Source: Pseudomonadota bacterium
GTDB lineage: Bacteria; Myxococcota; JACRCW01; JAFGSX01
Direction: 5' to 3'
DNA: 64,000 nucleotides
Assembly (NCBI GenBank): GCA_043821645.1
Contig: JBDRCO010000051.1
Span: forward strand, 32,001 to 96,000
Each line of letters starts with the position of its first letter. The stretch's first letter is position 1. This document shows, one piece after another, positions 26,925 to 37,675 of this stretch. The notes beneath the pieces are model-generated. The model worked only from the letters and a program-made list of their open reading frames with translations. It was not told the origin of the DNA and did not search any database. Position numbers and translations under genes: made by a program.

Positions 26925-28736
26925 TCAGGGTTGCCCGAGCAGCTCCAGACGCAGGCGCATCTTGACATCGCCGTCGGTGTACAGGGCGCCGTGGTGCTGA
27001 TGCACCGGGTGAATCTCGGATCCCTCGAGCACGGCGCTGGTCTGGGTCACCGTGCCGTCGCCGTGCTCGGACTCGTCGAACCTGGGCGAGATGAAGCGGC
27101 CGTCCCGATCGCGCTGCACCGTGATGCGGGTGATGGTCTTGTGGCCGTAGCCGAAGATGGACACCACGGGCACGCGGCTGCGCGCACCCACCTCCGACAG
27201 AAATGCCCGTGCGTCGTCGAGCAGCGGCAACACCTCGTCCGGGACCCAGCGCCGGTCCGCGAACAGGTCGATGGGCCGGCCGTCCGCCTCGAACACCTGG
27301 GGTTCGGTGGGCAGCAACTGGTACGCCGCAGGGAAGGTCCCCATGACGTCGCGCAGACGCTCCTTGCGCGCGCCGAAACTCATCAGGCCCAGGCCCGTGA
27401 GCATGGCCGCCAGGGTCTTGAGCGTGCCGCGGTTGGGGCTGCCCATGAGGATCAAGCGATCGACATGATGACGGCCGCCCATGCGCTCGATGTAGTAGCG
27501 CGCCACCAGGCCACCGGCGCTGTGGGCGACCAGCACGAACTTGCCGTGGCTCAGATCAGCGTGTTCCTGCCACTGGGCGATGCACTCGCCAAGCTGCCTG
27601 GCAGCATGCCGAAGGTCGCGGCGCCAGTCGTAGGCAAAGGAGAAAAGGTTGATACCTTCCTCGTACAGCAGCGCATCCCGCAGGTACTCGACCAGACGAT
27701 TGTAGGCGTCGAGCTTGACCAGACCCGGCACCACGATGACCTCGCTGACCAGCCCCCGGGGCTCTAGCCCCAGGGACTCGGGCAGCTTCAGGAACTCGGG
27801 CTTCTTGAGAAAACGCTTCACATCAGGCCACACCAGAACGTCGCCGTCGTAGAGCGTCGAGCCCATGAAGCCAGGCACCACCACCACCGGCTGCCGGCCC
27901 CTGGCCAGCTCGCGCAGGGGTGCGCGGCGTGGCACGGCCTGGGGAGCGACGTCACCACTGCGCTCGACCACACGCTCGATCGAGGGCCGCTCCAGCGAGG
28001 CCACGACCCCGGACCCGGGCCGCTCGCTGGCGGTGGAAGCCCGGGCACCAATGACCGTCGCGACCACGGACAGGTCGTCGTCGTCGAAGGGAGGCTGCAG
28101 CACCAGGGTGGCGTCGCCTATGGTCACGCTCATGCCGGATTGCAGCTCGCAGCGCTGCACCGCCCTGCCGTCGACGAAGGTGCCGTTGCTGGAGCCCTGG
28201 TCGACCAGCACCCAGGCCTCGCCCTCCCGCTCCAGGATGGCGTGAATGCGCGACACGTTGGTGTCCTCGAGAACCACGTCGGCCTTGGAGCTGCGGCCTA
28301 TGGTGGCGCGGACACCACGCAGGGGCAGGGCCCGGGTGGCGCCATGGAGCGAGATCACTAGCCGCGCCACGCTGTGATCGGTGAGAGTCTGATCCAGGGG
28401 CTCGCCCATGGCCGTGACCGCGGTGTTCTCCTGTTGCACGTCGTGGTCGGCGGCAAAGTAGCGCAGCCGGGTGCCGCCTATGGTCAGGATATCGCCGCCC
28501 TGCAGGGTGGCCTGGCGCACGCGGCGGCGGTTGTGCTTGAAGCCATTCTGGCTGCCCAGGTCCTCGATCACGACACCCGAGGTCTCGCAACGCACCAGGG
28601 CGTGGCGCCGCGACACCTTGAGGTCGAGCAGCACGACGTCGTTCTCGGGACCACGGCCTATGCTGATGCTGGGCGCGTCCAGCCTGTAACGGACCGGTGG
28701 TCCGCCAGCCGTCTCCACCAGCAGCGTGCCCCACAT
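26925..28736 (-). CDS. Tandem FHA domains fused to an LCAT/PGAP1-like alpha/beta-hydrolase (lipase/acyltransferase)
   Basis: FHA1 IGRGPEND..KVSRRHA..DLGSQNG and FHA2 IGRSSKAD..NVSRIHA..GSSNGT. Hydrolase motifs VVVPGFMGS, FAYDWR, AHSAGG, GSPNRG and GDGTV. Confidence 0.85.
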   Translation of the reverse strand: MWGTLLVETAGGPPVRYRLDAPSISIGRGPENDVVLLDLKVSRRHALVRCETSGVVIEDLGSQNGFKHNRRRVRQATLQGGDILTIGGTRLRYFAADHDVQQENTAVTAMGEPLDQTLTDHSVARLVISLHGATRALPLRGVRATIGRSSKADVVLEDTNVSRIHAILEREGEAWVLVDQGSSNGTFVDGRAVQRCELQSGMSVTIGDATLVLQPPFDDDDLSVVATVIGARASTASERPGSGVVASLERPSIERVVERSGDVAPQAVPRRAPLRELARGRQPVVVVPGFMGSTLYDGDVLVWPDVKRFLKKPEFLKLPESLGLEPRGLVSEVIVVPGLVKLDAYNRLVEYLRDALLYEEGINLFSFAYDWRRDLRHAARQLGECIAQWQEHADLSHGKFVLVAHSAGGLVARYYIERMGGRHHVDRLILMGSPNRGTLKTLAAMLTGLGLMSFGARKERLRDVMGTFPAAYQLLPTEPQVFEADGRPIDLFADRRWVPDEVLPLLDDARAFLSEVGARSRVPVVSIFGYGHKTITRITVQRDRDGRFISPRFDESEHGDGTVTQTSAVLEGSEIHPVHQHHGALYTDGDVKMRLRLELLGQP

Positions 28737-28891
28737 CGATGTCAACGCGCCCTCTTCATGTGCCGTAGCTGTACCAGCGCCCCTCGAGGGGGTCAACGCG
28801 GCGACGCCGGACACCCCACGTTGACGACGGGACCGGGGGCATGGGAACCTGACGACGACATCGCGGCTGACAGCCCGGCGGGAGAGTACGC

Positions 28892-29098
28892 ATGTTCGAT
28901 GGCATCAAGGTCTTCACCGCGACCAAGGCCAAGGAGCGCGAGGAACTGGGCGAGGTTGCCACGGCCTGGATGCAGCAGCACCCGGAGCTCGAGGTCGTCG
29001 ACAAGGTGGTGACCCAGTCCAGCGACAGGGAGTACCACTGCCTGACCATCACGCTATTTTACACGGTGCGCCCGATCTCGAAGACGGGCACGCGCTGA
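28892..29098 (+). CDS. Small conserved-looking hypothetical protein (myxobacterial type)
   Basis: GGAGAG RBS, then MFDGIKVFTATKAKEREELGE...VTQSSDREYHCLTITLFY, with strong coding bias. Confidence 0.75.
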   Translation: MFDGIKVFTATKAKEREELGEVATAWMQQHPELEVVDKVVTQSSDREYHCLTITLFYTVRPISKTGTR

Positions 29099-29139
29099 CA
29101 GAACTCGCCCGTCGTCGGCACGAGATCGGATGAGGGACG

Positions 29140-30816
29140 CTAGTAGACGGACTTGAAGCGCAGGGGCAACACGACCTCGAGCTCGCTCGACGGCCGCGGG
29201 AAGGTCCAGCGACGCATGCGCTGCGTGAGCAGGCTGGCCAGGTAGCCACCCTCTTCGCCCGGTGCCTGCACGCTGACCTGCTTCACCCGTCCATCCCGGC
29301 CAATCACGATGGACGTATCCACCACTCCAGCTAGCGAGGGGTTGCGCTTGAGGGCGGCGGTGTAGGCGGACTCGAGCTGCGGCAAGCGCGTCTGGACCAC
29401 GCGGGCCACGTGCTCAGCGGTGAGCTCACCAGGCAGCATGACCTCGGGGCTGTCCGCCATCACCGGAGCGCCGAGATCGAGCGACGGCGCGGGAGCCTGC
29501 AGGGCTGACCAGTCCGCACCCGGGCTCACCGCTTGGCCGGTGGCGCCGGTCTTGCGATCAAGCACAGGGTCGACAACGTGCGAGGTCTGGACCGCCGAGG
29601 ACAGGTCCACGGTGGCCCCGGGCGCTGCCACGACGCGCGGCACGCGCGGCGCGACCGGACGCAGGGGAAGCGTTGCCTCGCCGATGCTGGCTGGCGCAAA
29701 AGTGGGGAGCCGCACGCCCTGGCCCCGACGGGGATCGAGAGCGCGGCGGACTTTGTCCACCAGGGCGCGCCCGGGACTGTAGCTGGCGGCCACGTGACCC
29801 TGGGCGTCCACTGGCGGCGCCAGGGCCAGCACCAGACTGTCGCGGGTGAGCCAGGCCACCAGCACGGCACTCGCCAGGAACAGCGCGCCGATGACCGCCA
29901 CGGCGGCCACCGCCTTGAAGCGGCGGCGCTGCGGCAGCAGGTGCACACCCGTGATCATGGCCGTCGTCCCCGGCAGGTCCGGAGGAAGATCGCGTTGCCA
30001 CAAGGACTGTTGTAGCCGCTCGTCGATGACGAACCAGCCGCTGTCACCGAGGCGGATGGTCTGGGTGGTGTCGAAGTTTGGCTCGTCCTCGGGCACCACG
30101 GCCCGGTTGAGCATCCGCGGCTTCTCAACCGGCGTGACCTCGTTGGCCAGCGATCGTGTCAGCCCACTGGGTTCGCGCGCCTTGTCGGTCTCGACCGGCC
30201 TCACCTGCTGTTGCAGGACCGCAGCCAGGGCCGAGGCGTCGAAGAGCCCGGAGGCCGCGAACACGCCGCTCTCCATACCTGTCATGCGACGAGGCTGCTC
30301 GGCGGCGCGTTGACGACGCTGGATGGCGTCCCGCAGGAAGGCCAGCCCCGGTGCCTTGTCGATACGCTGCCAGCTCCCCTGGCCGGTCCGCCAGGCATAC
30401 GTACGCAGGGTCAGCGCGCCGCGCTGGGCGTAGACCAGCAGCTCGTCGCGCCCCAGGGGCCCGGTGGGCTTACCGCGAAGGCCTATCCACCATTCCTGCT
30501 CGGCGGGCTCGCGCCGCGGCGCATGGCGCGGGATGGCCTGCTTGACGTCGGAGATCTGCGAGGGAAGGTGCACACCGTTGAGGCGGTGCTCGAGTTCGGG
30601 ACGGACCGCGGAGACATCCACGCGCTCCACCCGGGTGTTGACCGAAGCAACCTGGGCCATGGCTTCAAAGGCTCCCGGAGCGCCGGCCGGCGGAGGCCCC
30701 ATCACCTCGACCACAGACCTGCAGCGCTTGCAGCGAATCTTGAGCACACGGCCAGCTATCCGTTGATCCGGAATGGCATAGCGCGTGTTGCAGTGTTCGC
30801 AGGTGAAACGCACCAT
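29140..30816 (-). CDS. Second GltJ/AgmX-like protein (zinc ribbon - GYF - TM - AgmX/PglI C-terminal domain)
   Basis: MVRFTCEHCNTRYAIPD..LKIRCKRC, WWIGLRGKPTGP..YAWRTGQGSW, a TM helix, and ALKRNPSLAG..IGRDGRV..RRWTFPRP. Confidence 0.75.
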   Translation of the reverse strand: MVRFTCEHCNTRYAIPDQRIAGRVLKIRCKRCRSVVEVMGPPPAGAPGAFEAMAQVASVNTRVERVDVSAVRPELEHRLNGVHLPSQISDVKQAIPRHAPRREPAEQEWWIGLRGKPTGPLGRDELLVYAQRGALTLRTYAWRTGQGSWQRIDKAPGLAFLRDAIQRRQRAAEQPRRMTGMESGVFAASGLFDASALAAVLQQQVRPVETDKAREPSGLTRSLANEVTPVEKPRMLNRAVVPEDEPNFDTTQTIRLGDSGWFVIDERLQQSLWQRDLPPDLPGTTAMITGVHLLPQRRRFKAVAAVAVIGALFLASAVLVAWLTRDSLVLALAPPVDAQGHVAASYSPGRALVDKVRRALDPRRGQGVRLPTFAPASIGEATLPLRPVAPRVPRVVAAPGATVDLSSAVQTSHVVDPVLDRKTGATGQAVSPGADWSALQAPAPSLDLGAPVMADSPEVMLPGELTAEHVARVVQTRLPQLESAYTAALKRNPSLAGVVDTSIVIGRDGRVKQVSVQAPGEEGGYLASLLTQRMRRWTFPRPSSELEVVLPLRFKSVY

Positions 30817-31065
30817 GACCTCCGTTCGGTCGAGGCTCAGACCACCGGAGGCCCCGTGGGGTTCCGATGTCGTCTCAGCGCTCACCTCCAATACAGGCTG
30901 CGCTGCTCTTTTGGCCGATCCTGCTGCCCCGGGCCCTGATCTGCGGTGGCACCCTAGCACAGCTGGGGTCGATCAACAAAACCGAATAACGCATTGCGTT
31001 ATCTGGTTTCTCTACCCCCACCCGAACTCCACTGCTTGCAGGTCAGGCCTCGTTCTCACGCTGGG

Positions 31066-31716
31066 CTACTCGAACAGATCGGGGGTGCCGTCCAGATCGT
31101 CGTCGGACAGGGCCTCCCAGCCCTGCAGCGCATCGTCCACCCCGTCACCATCCGCATCGCCGTCCTCGGCATCCGGACTGCCATCCCCGTCGTCATCGCC
31201 ATCCGTGAGGTCCGGTGCGCCGTCGCCATCGCGGTCATTGAGCGCAAACGGATTGTGCGCGTCATCCAGGACCAGCCGGGCCGAGCCCGGGTACCCAGGG
31301 GTGCCGAGATCCAGATCGGCGACGTTCACGGGCAAGCGCGAGCTGAGCCCACCCAGCCCATCGTCGAAGGTCAGCCGTGCCACCAGCCGCCCTGGCGATC
31401 CCGCGCCGCCAGCACCGGGGGTCTGCACCGCTAGCACCGGCGATTCCCCCACGGGCAGGTATGCCTGCAGGTGGAGCTGCACCGAGGGATCGATGGTGGA
31501 CGAGGTATGAAAGGCGAACTGCTCGCGGGGCACCACCACCGCCGCCAGTTGCAGACCCGTGACCTGGTTGCCGAGCGAGGCCGCCAGCTCCGCGGGCAGA
31601 TCGAGCTGGATCAGGCGAGTGCCTGCGGGCCTTTGACCGGCACCGGTCAGCGCGTCACAGGCGACGACACCGAGCAGCAGGAGCACCACAACGACGGCCG
31701 GGGTCCAGAGCTTCAC
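31066..31716 (-). CDS. Lipoprotein with C-terminal DxDGDG (TSP3-like) calcium-binding repeats
   Basis: GTG start overlapping the amylase stop, LLLGVVAC lipobox, and [36 protein letters not shown]. Confidence 0.7.
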   Translation of the reverse strand: MKLWTPAVVVVLLLLGVVACDALTGAGQRPAGTRLIQLDLPAELAASLGNQVTGLQLAAVVVPREQFAFHTSSTIDPSVQLHLQAYLPVGESPVLAVQTPGAGGAGSPGRLVARLTFDDGLGGLSSRLPVNVADLDLGTPGYPGSARLVLDDAHNPFALNDRDGDGAPDLTDGDDDGDGSPDAEDGDADGDGVDDALQGWEALSDDDLDGTPDLFE

Positions 31717-34700
31717 GCAGTCCTCCTTGGCCGGCGACGATGGGCGAGCAGCAGCACCGCACCGAGGATACAGACCGCCGGCTCCGGGCGCGCGCCCACG
31801 CCGTGGCACAGGCAACCTTCTTCCTGCGGGGGCACGGGCGGCGGGCCCTCGTCCACGCGCCGGGGATCCGGCCGGGTGCCTGGTCCACCCGACGTGCCAC
31901 TTCCCTCGTCCGCGCACCCGTCCTCCTTGACCGCCGCCGCAGGCAGAGACACGGGGCACTGGTCGCACAGGTCGCCCACGCCGTCCAGGTCGTAGTCTTC
32001 CTGGCCGGGGTTGTACACGAAGGCGCAGTTGTCCTGGATGTTCTCGATGCCATCAGCGTCCGCGTCCTGATGCGGCGACACGTTGGCGTCGCGACGCAGG
32101 GCATCCTGGCCAGCGCTTGCATCCCGCGGTGCGCTCGCGTCGACGGTGGTCGAGGTGTCCGGACGTGCCGCATCGGGGATGCCCGCATCCGGCGTGGTGG
32201 CCGCGTCGTGGCTTGTGGCCGCGTCAGGCTGCGCGCTGTCCGGCACCCCCGCATCGGGGCGCGTGACCACCAGGTCCAGCACGTACATCTCGTCTGCGCT
32301 CACCGTGGTGTCGGCCGTGGTGGCGGCCGGGGTCTGGCCCTGCAGGGCGCCGTTGGCCGCGGTGCCGTAGCGAAGCACCGCCAGGTACACGCGCCCGGGC
32401 ACCTGCCCGAACTCCTCGACGAGGTTGAGGGTACCCTCGAGGGCTCCGCGTCCGGGTCGCCGCGGCGTGGCGGCCAGGGACTCGCCCGTACTCCCCACCC
32501 ACACGGCTTGATCGTCCTCGCCCTCGTCGCACAGGGCAATGCCCCCGAAGGCCACCTGGCCAGCCTTGCCATAGGGGGCGCTCTTCAGGTTGCCGGTGGC
32601 GTCGGTGACCACGATGCAGCGGTCCTCTCCCCGGAGCGCGGCGTCCGTGGCGACGTAGAGCTGGCGACCGTTGAAGCTGGCGTAGAGGGGTAGACCCGCG
32701 TTGTCGTCGAGCAGGTAGGCAGTATCGTCGATCGCGCCGTCGAGGACGAAGCGCGCGGTGGCATCGCCGGAGCTCGCCGCGCAGCCGCTGACGTCGACGC
32801 GCTGGCCGTTGCTGCTGGCCGCACACAGGTCACAGGCGTTGCCCACGTCGTCGCGATCACCGTCGCGCTGGTCGGGGTTGGCCAGACCCGGGCAGTTGTC
32901 ATAGCTGTCCAAAATGCCGTCGCCGTCAGCGTCGGGAATGCCTTTACGGGTCACCTGCAGCACCTTGACCTGGTAGCTCTTGAGGCGCTGGGTGAAGCCT
33001 GCCGTCGCCAGCAAGGTGCTCTTGGCCACGGTCTGCGGCGTGGCCGGGCTCAGGTGGTCCACCAGCACCAGGTTGCCGTCGGGGAAGTTGCCCAGGGTCT
33101 CGGCGGGGGGCCAGAACTTCACGTCCGCACCCAGGGGGCCGGCGTTGCGACGGTAGGCCACCACCAGAAAGCGCTGGGCCGCGCCATAGCGGGCAAAGGC
33201 GAAGCCGTGATCGCCGCCCGCGTCCCAGTCCGCGTTGAGCCGCAGGTAGCTGTTGTGGGCCTCGCCGTAGGGTGCGTAGTCCGGCGTGCGCAGCCCGGCG
33301 TTGTGCTGGCGCAGGTGTACTAGGCGCCGGTGCAGGTCGTAGACCTCCTGCTCGCTGGCACTCAGGCCGTCGAACTTCATGCGGCCGCGCTTGACCACCA
33401 CGCCGGTCTCGTCGCCGTAGTACAGCAGCGGCGTGCCGGGTAGCGTCAGCAACAGCGAGGCCGCCACCTTGAGCCGACCCGCGTCGTAGTTGGCGTTCTT
33501 GAGGAAGCGGTGCTTGTCCTGGTTGCCGAAGTAGCGCATGAAGAACACGTCGCCGTCGTCCATGAACTGCTTGAGCCAGCCGTCGCGCGACACGTAGTGA
33601 TGTCCGTCGCGGCGCAGGTACTCGTCAAAGGCGCCCAGGCCCCAGTCCTGGATGGCCAGGCTGTGCAAGAAGCCCTCGTAGCCCTCGCTGTCGTAGGCCA
33701 TGTCACAGGCGTTATCGAACATGCGCGGCTTGGGCGGGTGCGACTCGGGCAGGATCACCGCATTGGGGGACACCGCCTTGATCTTGCGTCGCATGAGCTG
33801 CCACAGGCTCGACGGCTGGCAGTTGGCCAGGTCGTAGCGAAAGGCATCGACGCCCCGGGCGTGCCAGAACCGGACCTGATCCGTGAACAGCTTGCGCACC
33901 AGGCCGCTGTTCGAGTTGACGTCGGGAAAGCTCAGGTACTCGCCCAGGTGGTGGAACTCGCCGTTGGCCTGGTAGCTGTAGTACTCGCGCAGCGGTGACG
34001 CCGCGTTCTGGTCGGCCATCACGAACAGTGGATGGTCGGTGATGGTGTGGTTGCCCACGAAGTCGAAGATCATCTGGATTCCGCGCGCGTGCGCCGCGGC
34101 GGCGATCTGCTCGTACTGCTGCAGGGTGCCGTAGTCGGGGTGGGTGGCGAAGTGCCCGGTCATGCCGTAGCCGTGCGGGGTGGGTCCCGGGAAGGGCGGC
34201 ATCAGCCACAGCGCGTTGACGCCCAGGTCCACCAGGTGATCGATCTTTTGCAGGAAGCCCGCGAAGTCGCCCTCGCCGTCGCCATTGCTGTCCACGAACT
34301 CGCGAATGTAGGCCAGGTAGATAACCGCCTGGTCCTCCCAGAAGCGCTCGGGGGGCTTGGCCAGGTCTATACCTGAGGCGTGGCCGCCCGCGACGTGGAT
34401 CATGGCCGTGTGCGGCACGCCGTTGCCCACGCGCACGTGTACCAGGTACACGCCCGCGGCGGGGATGGACCCGGTGGCGACGAGGCTGCTGGTGTTCAGG
34501 GTCAGGGTCGCGGGGTTGCTGGCATCGGGTATGAACTCGGCGCTGGCGGCGCCCGTGGACAGCGAGGCGTCGATCACCAGCTGTCCTCCCTCCTCGTCGA
34601 CCACCAGGCGCGTGCGCACCGCCGGGTCAAAGCTGTCGACCAGGCGAACCTCGACCTCGCTCTCGACACTGGCCGCGCCGGCGGTGTCGTGCAGGACCAG

Positions 34701-35777
34701 GCCCAGGCGATAGGTGCCGGAGCGGTTGCCCGTGAACCGCGGTGTCAGGCTCGAACTCAGAGGCACCACCGCGGCACCGGAACAGGTCGAATCGGCCTCC
34801 CATCCTTCCTCGTTGATGAGCTGGAAGCTCGTGCTCGCCCCCGAGGGCGCGCTGATCACGCGCCAGGTGTAGTCCTGGATCCCCACCATGTCCGGGTCGT
34901 AGGAGTCGCCGCCGTCGATCAAGACGGGCTGGTTGACCACACCGAACTTGAGCGGGCCGGCGCTGGCCAGCGGCGCCTGGTTCTGGCGGTTGACGAACAC
35001 GTAGGACGCGAAGGGTGCATTGCCCAGACCGTCCTGGTTGGCGAGGGACAGCCGGACCCGGTGCAGACCCTCGACCGGATCGGACCAGCTGGCGCTGATG
35101 CGCGCGCGACCGCCACCCAGGTCGGCGAAGGTCACCGGGGTCAGGCTGCGCCAGCCCAGGCTCGGCGCCTGGATGGTGTCGGTGTAAAACACGCCAGCGG
35201 GCTCGTCGAGCTCGACCTCGATGACGCCGCTGCTGGCATTGAAGGGCGTGGGGCTATTGCCGAGCTGAAGCTCGGCCGAGACGGTGACGCTGCCGCCGGT
35301 GACGATGGTGGCGGAGTTCGGGGCGAAGCTCGCCCGGTCAACGCCGGGTCGTGCCGGGTTGACGATGATGAGGCACGAATCTGTCGAGTAGGGCCCGCAG
35401 GTGCCAGGGGCCCGGGGGTGGGGATCCCGAAAGTAGTCGTCCTCGGGCACCTCGTCGGGATTGAGGGTGGGGTCGCTCAGGCTACGACCCTGGTAGACGA
35501 GGTGCAGGTCGGGCACGAACACGTAAAAAAAGTTCCCCTCGACGAGATCCGTCGAGTAGGTAAACACCGTGCGGTCGCCGTTGGCTTGCATCTCCTTGGC
35601 CCGGTACACGGGGTTCCGGCCACCCTCGGCATCGAGCAGGATGTACAGCTTCTGCACGTCGCGGTTGCGGTGCTTGGTCTCGCTCTTGTTGATGGTGAAG
35701 GTGATCGGCTGGCTGTACTGCGCCAGCCCCGTGGTGCCGACCAGCAGTCCAGCGATGAGAGCCAGGGCGCGGGTCAT
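31713..35777 (-). CDS. Multi-domain secreted GH13 alpha-amylase family glycosidase with PKD-like, TSP3 and DOMON-like domains and a MYXO-CTERM-like anchor
   Basis: Signal peptide; GH13 motifs [46 protein letters not shown] and [14 protein letters not shown]-like [21 protein letters not shown]3 [13 protein letters not shown], and C-terminal EGCLCH..hydrophobic..HRRRPRR. Confidence 0.9.
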   Translation of the reverse strand: MTRALALIAGLLVGTTGLAQYSQPITFTINKSETKHRNRDVQKLYILLDAEGGRNPVYRAKEMQANGDRTVFTYSTDLVEGNFFYVFVPDLHLVYQGRSLSDPTLNPDEVPEDDYFRDPHPRAPGTCGPYSTDSCLIIVNPARPGVDRASFAPNSATIVTGGSVTVSAELQLGNSPTPFNASSGVIEVELDEPAGVFYTDTIQAPSLGWRSLTPVTFADLGGGRARISASWSDPVEGLHRVRLSLANQDGLGNAPFASYVFVNRQNQAPLASAGPLKFGVVNQPVLIDGGDSYDPDMVGIQDYTWRVISAPSGASTSFQLINEEGWEADSTCSGAAVVPLSSSLTPRFTGNRSGTYRLGLVLHDTAGAASVESEVEVRLVDSFDPAVRTRLVVDEEGGQLVIDASLSTGAASAEFIPDASNPATLTLNTSSLVATGSIPAAGVYLVHVRVGNGVPHTAMIHVAGGHASGIDLAKPPERFWEDQAVIYLAYIREFVDSNGDGEGDFAGFLQKIDHLVDLGVNALWLMPPFPGPTPHGYGMTGHFATHPDYGTLQQYEQIAAAAHARGIQMIFDFVGNHTITDHPLFVMADQNAASPLREYYSYQANGEFHHLGEYLSFPDVNSNSGLVRKLFTDQVRFWHARGVDAFRYDLANCQPSSLWQLMRRKIKAVSPNAVILPESHPPKPRMFDNACDMAYDSEGYEGFLHSLAIQDWGLGAFDEYLRRDGHHYVSRDGWLKQFMDDGDVFFMRYFGNQDKHRFLKNANYDAGRLKVAASLLLTLPGTPLLYYGDETGVVVKRGRMKFDGLSASEQEVYDLHRRLVHLRQHNAGLRTPDYAPYGEAHNSYLRLNADWDAGGDHGFAFARYGAAQRFLVVAYRRNAGPLGADVKFWPPAETLGNFPDGNLVLVDHLSPATPQTVAKSTLLATAGFTQRLKSYQVKVLQVTRKGIPDADGDGILDSYDNCPGLANPDQRDGDRDDVGNACDLCAASSNGQRVDVSGCAASSGDATARFVLDGAIDDTAYLLDDNAGLPLYASFNGRQLYVATDAALRGEDRCIVVTDATGNLKSAPYGKAGQVAFGGIALCDEGEDDQAVWVGSTGESLAATPRRPGRGALEGTLNLVEEFGQVPGRVYLAVLRYGTAANGALQGQTPAATTADTTVSADEMYVLDLVVTRPDAGVPDSAQPDAATSHDAATTPDAGIPDAARPDTSTTVDASAPRDASAGQDALRRDANVSPHQDADADGIENIQDNCAFVYNPGQEDYDLDGVGDLCDQCPVSLPAAAVKEDGCADEGSGTSGGPGTRPDPRRVDEGPPPVPPQEEGCLCHGVGARPEPAVCILGAVLLLAHRRRPRRTA

Positions 35778-37675
35778 GGCAACACCCTCAGCGGCGGCGG
35801 TGCGCCAATCATGCCGTCGTCGTAGTCGTAGGGGATCAGGTCAAAAGGCGTGCCGCCTGGATCCACGGTGGCCAGGATCTGGGCCGGGGTCATGGGCAGG
35901 TTGACGTCGCGCCAGGTGCCGATGACGTACACCGGTGTCTGCGCGGGACAGTCGCCGGTATGGAGCAGATTGACGACGAGGTTGGGCAGTTCCTGCTTGA
36001 ACAGCACACTGGTGTTCGGTGTGTTCGCGGGGTCGTCCTCCCGGCCCGTACCCGTGCCCACATAGATCTCGGCGCTCGAGTAGTCCAGGATCTGGCCGCC
36101 CACCGACACGCTCGACAGGTGACCAGGATCCACGATCGTCACCTCGGCGGCCTCACTGGCGTCGCGGTTCTCGGTGGCCAGGTTCTTGGCCACGGTGACG
36201 AAAGCATTGCCTGTCGACGTCACGCGCTGGTTGAGGCCGCCACAACCCGAGGTCGCCGGGCAGCGCACCACCTTGAAGGTCTGGGTGCGGCCAGGCGGCA
36301 TCCACAGGGTCTTCTCCCACACCCCGGGAAGGTCCGCGCGCTCGCGCATGCGCAGGTTCATGTTCTCGCCGCCACTCCAGGTGTCGGCGCAGTTCTGGCG
36401 AAAGGCATCCACGATGTTGACGAAGTTGCCAGTCACGAAGATGGCCTCGTCGGCGTGGCGCCCGCGCAGAGAACCGTCCGCGCTCAAAAAAGCCGAGCCC
36501 ACGTCGACGCGCAGGGTCACCGGCACCTTGCCGGCCTCTCCCAGAGGCATGGCCATGCTGCGCGGTGTCTCGTCCACCGCGGTGACGAAGATGAAGAAAT
36601 CGCTGAGCTTGACCCCGTCTTGCACCAGGAAGGCGATGTACGGGAGCTCCTCGAGGGGTGCGGTCTCGATGTCGGTGTTGGTGCGCTGCGGATCCACGGC
36701 CAGACCCAGCACCGCCTCGTACACGCGGTCACCGTCGGCGTCGCTCAGATCCACAACGCGCTCGTCGAGCGAGAAGACGCCGGCGATATCCGCGGTGACG
36801 CTGAGCTGAGGCTGGCGGAGTTCCTGTGCCTGGCGGTCGTCGACGAAGATCCGGATCTGTGCCACGCCATCGGCCGGTGCACTGTCGACAGGAGCCGGCG
36901 GTGGCTCCAGGTCTGGCACCGGTGCACCGGGGCAGCGGGTGCGCGGTGGCCACAGCGGGATGACCACGGTCAGATCGGCCGCCGCCGGTACCGCAAAGAG
37001 CGTCAGTGGCGAGGCTGGCTGTCCCTCGCCATCGAGCAGGCGCACGCTGTAGGCCCGGCGATCGATGGCGGTGTCCCCGTCGTCGCCGCGGTCCACGGTC
37101 CGGTTGCGATCGGCCGCGATCTGCACCGTGGTGCTCCAGCTCCCGGGATCCAGGCCCAGGTCGCGGTGTCCATCGGCGTCAAAGCGTCCACTGTCATCGA
37201 CGCTGATGCGTGCGCTGAGCGAACCGTGCGCAGCAGCCAGGGCGGTGTCGTCGACCACCAGGGTGACCTGCGCCAGCTCGGCCGCGCCGGCACCGACGAA
37301 GTTGACGGTGCCGCTGATATCGAAGCCGTCGCTGTCCTGGAGACCATTGACGCGCAGGGTGTAGGTCACCCCACGCACCTGGGTCGCCGTGACCAGGGTG
37401 ACCTCGGCGTCACCCGAGGCCTCGGCGCGCTGCACGGTGAGGGGCTCGGGGGGGATCATGGTGTAGTCGGCGATGGTGAAGGCTCCGACCTGCACGGACT
37501 CCCGGGTCAAGGTGCGTCGCAAGGACAGGATCACGGTGTGGCTGTCGATGGCCAGCACCGAGGAGAATCCGTCACCAAGGGGCTCCACCTTGTCATCGGG
37601 CGGCGGCGGGCAGGCCGTCAGCAGAGCGATCAGGGCTGCCGCGCCGAGCGCGTCACGGAATGCGTTCGAAGCCAT
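35774..37675 (-). CDS. Lipoprotein with Ig-like and putative carbohydrate-binding (CBM-like) domains
   Basis: LIALLTAC lipobox, Ig-like N-domain ([23 protein letters not shown]), [10 protein letters not shown], and IFVTGNF...W...[16 protein letters not shown] overlap with the amylase gene. Confidence 0.7.
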   Translation of the reverse strand: MASNAFRDALGAAALIALLTACPPPPDDKVEPLGDGFSSVLAIDSHTVILSLRRTLTRESVQVGAFTIADYTMIPPEPLTVQRAEASGDAEVTLVTATQVRGVTYTLRVNGLQDSDGFDISGTVNFVGAGAAELAQVTLVVDDTALAAAHGSLSARISVDDSGRFDADGHRDLGLDPGSWSTTVQIAADRNRTVDRGDDGDTAIDRRAYSVRLLDGEGQPASPLTLFAVPAAADLTVVIPLWPPRTRCPGAPVPDLEPPPAPVDSAPADGVAQIRIFVDDRQAQELRQPQLSVTADIAGVFSLDERVVDLSDADGDRVYEAVLGLAVDPQRTNTDIETAPLEELPYIAFLVQDGVKLSDFFIFVTAVDETPRSMAMPLGEAGKVPVTLRVDVGSAFLSADGSLRGRHADEAIFVTGNFVNIVDAFRQNCADTWSGGENMNLRMRERADLPGVWEKTLWMPPGRTQTFKVVRCPATSGCGGLNQRVTSTGNAFVTVAKNLATENRDASEAAEVTIVDPGHLSSVSVGGQILDYSSAEIYVGTGTGREDDPANTPNTSVLFKQELPNLVVNLLHTGDCPAQTPVYVIGTWRDVNLPMTPAQILATVDPGGTPFDLIPYDYDDGMIGAPPPLRVLP

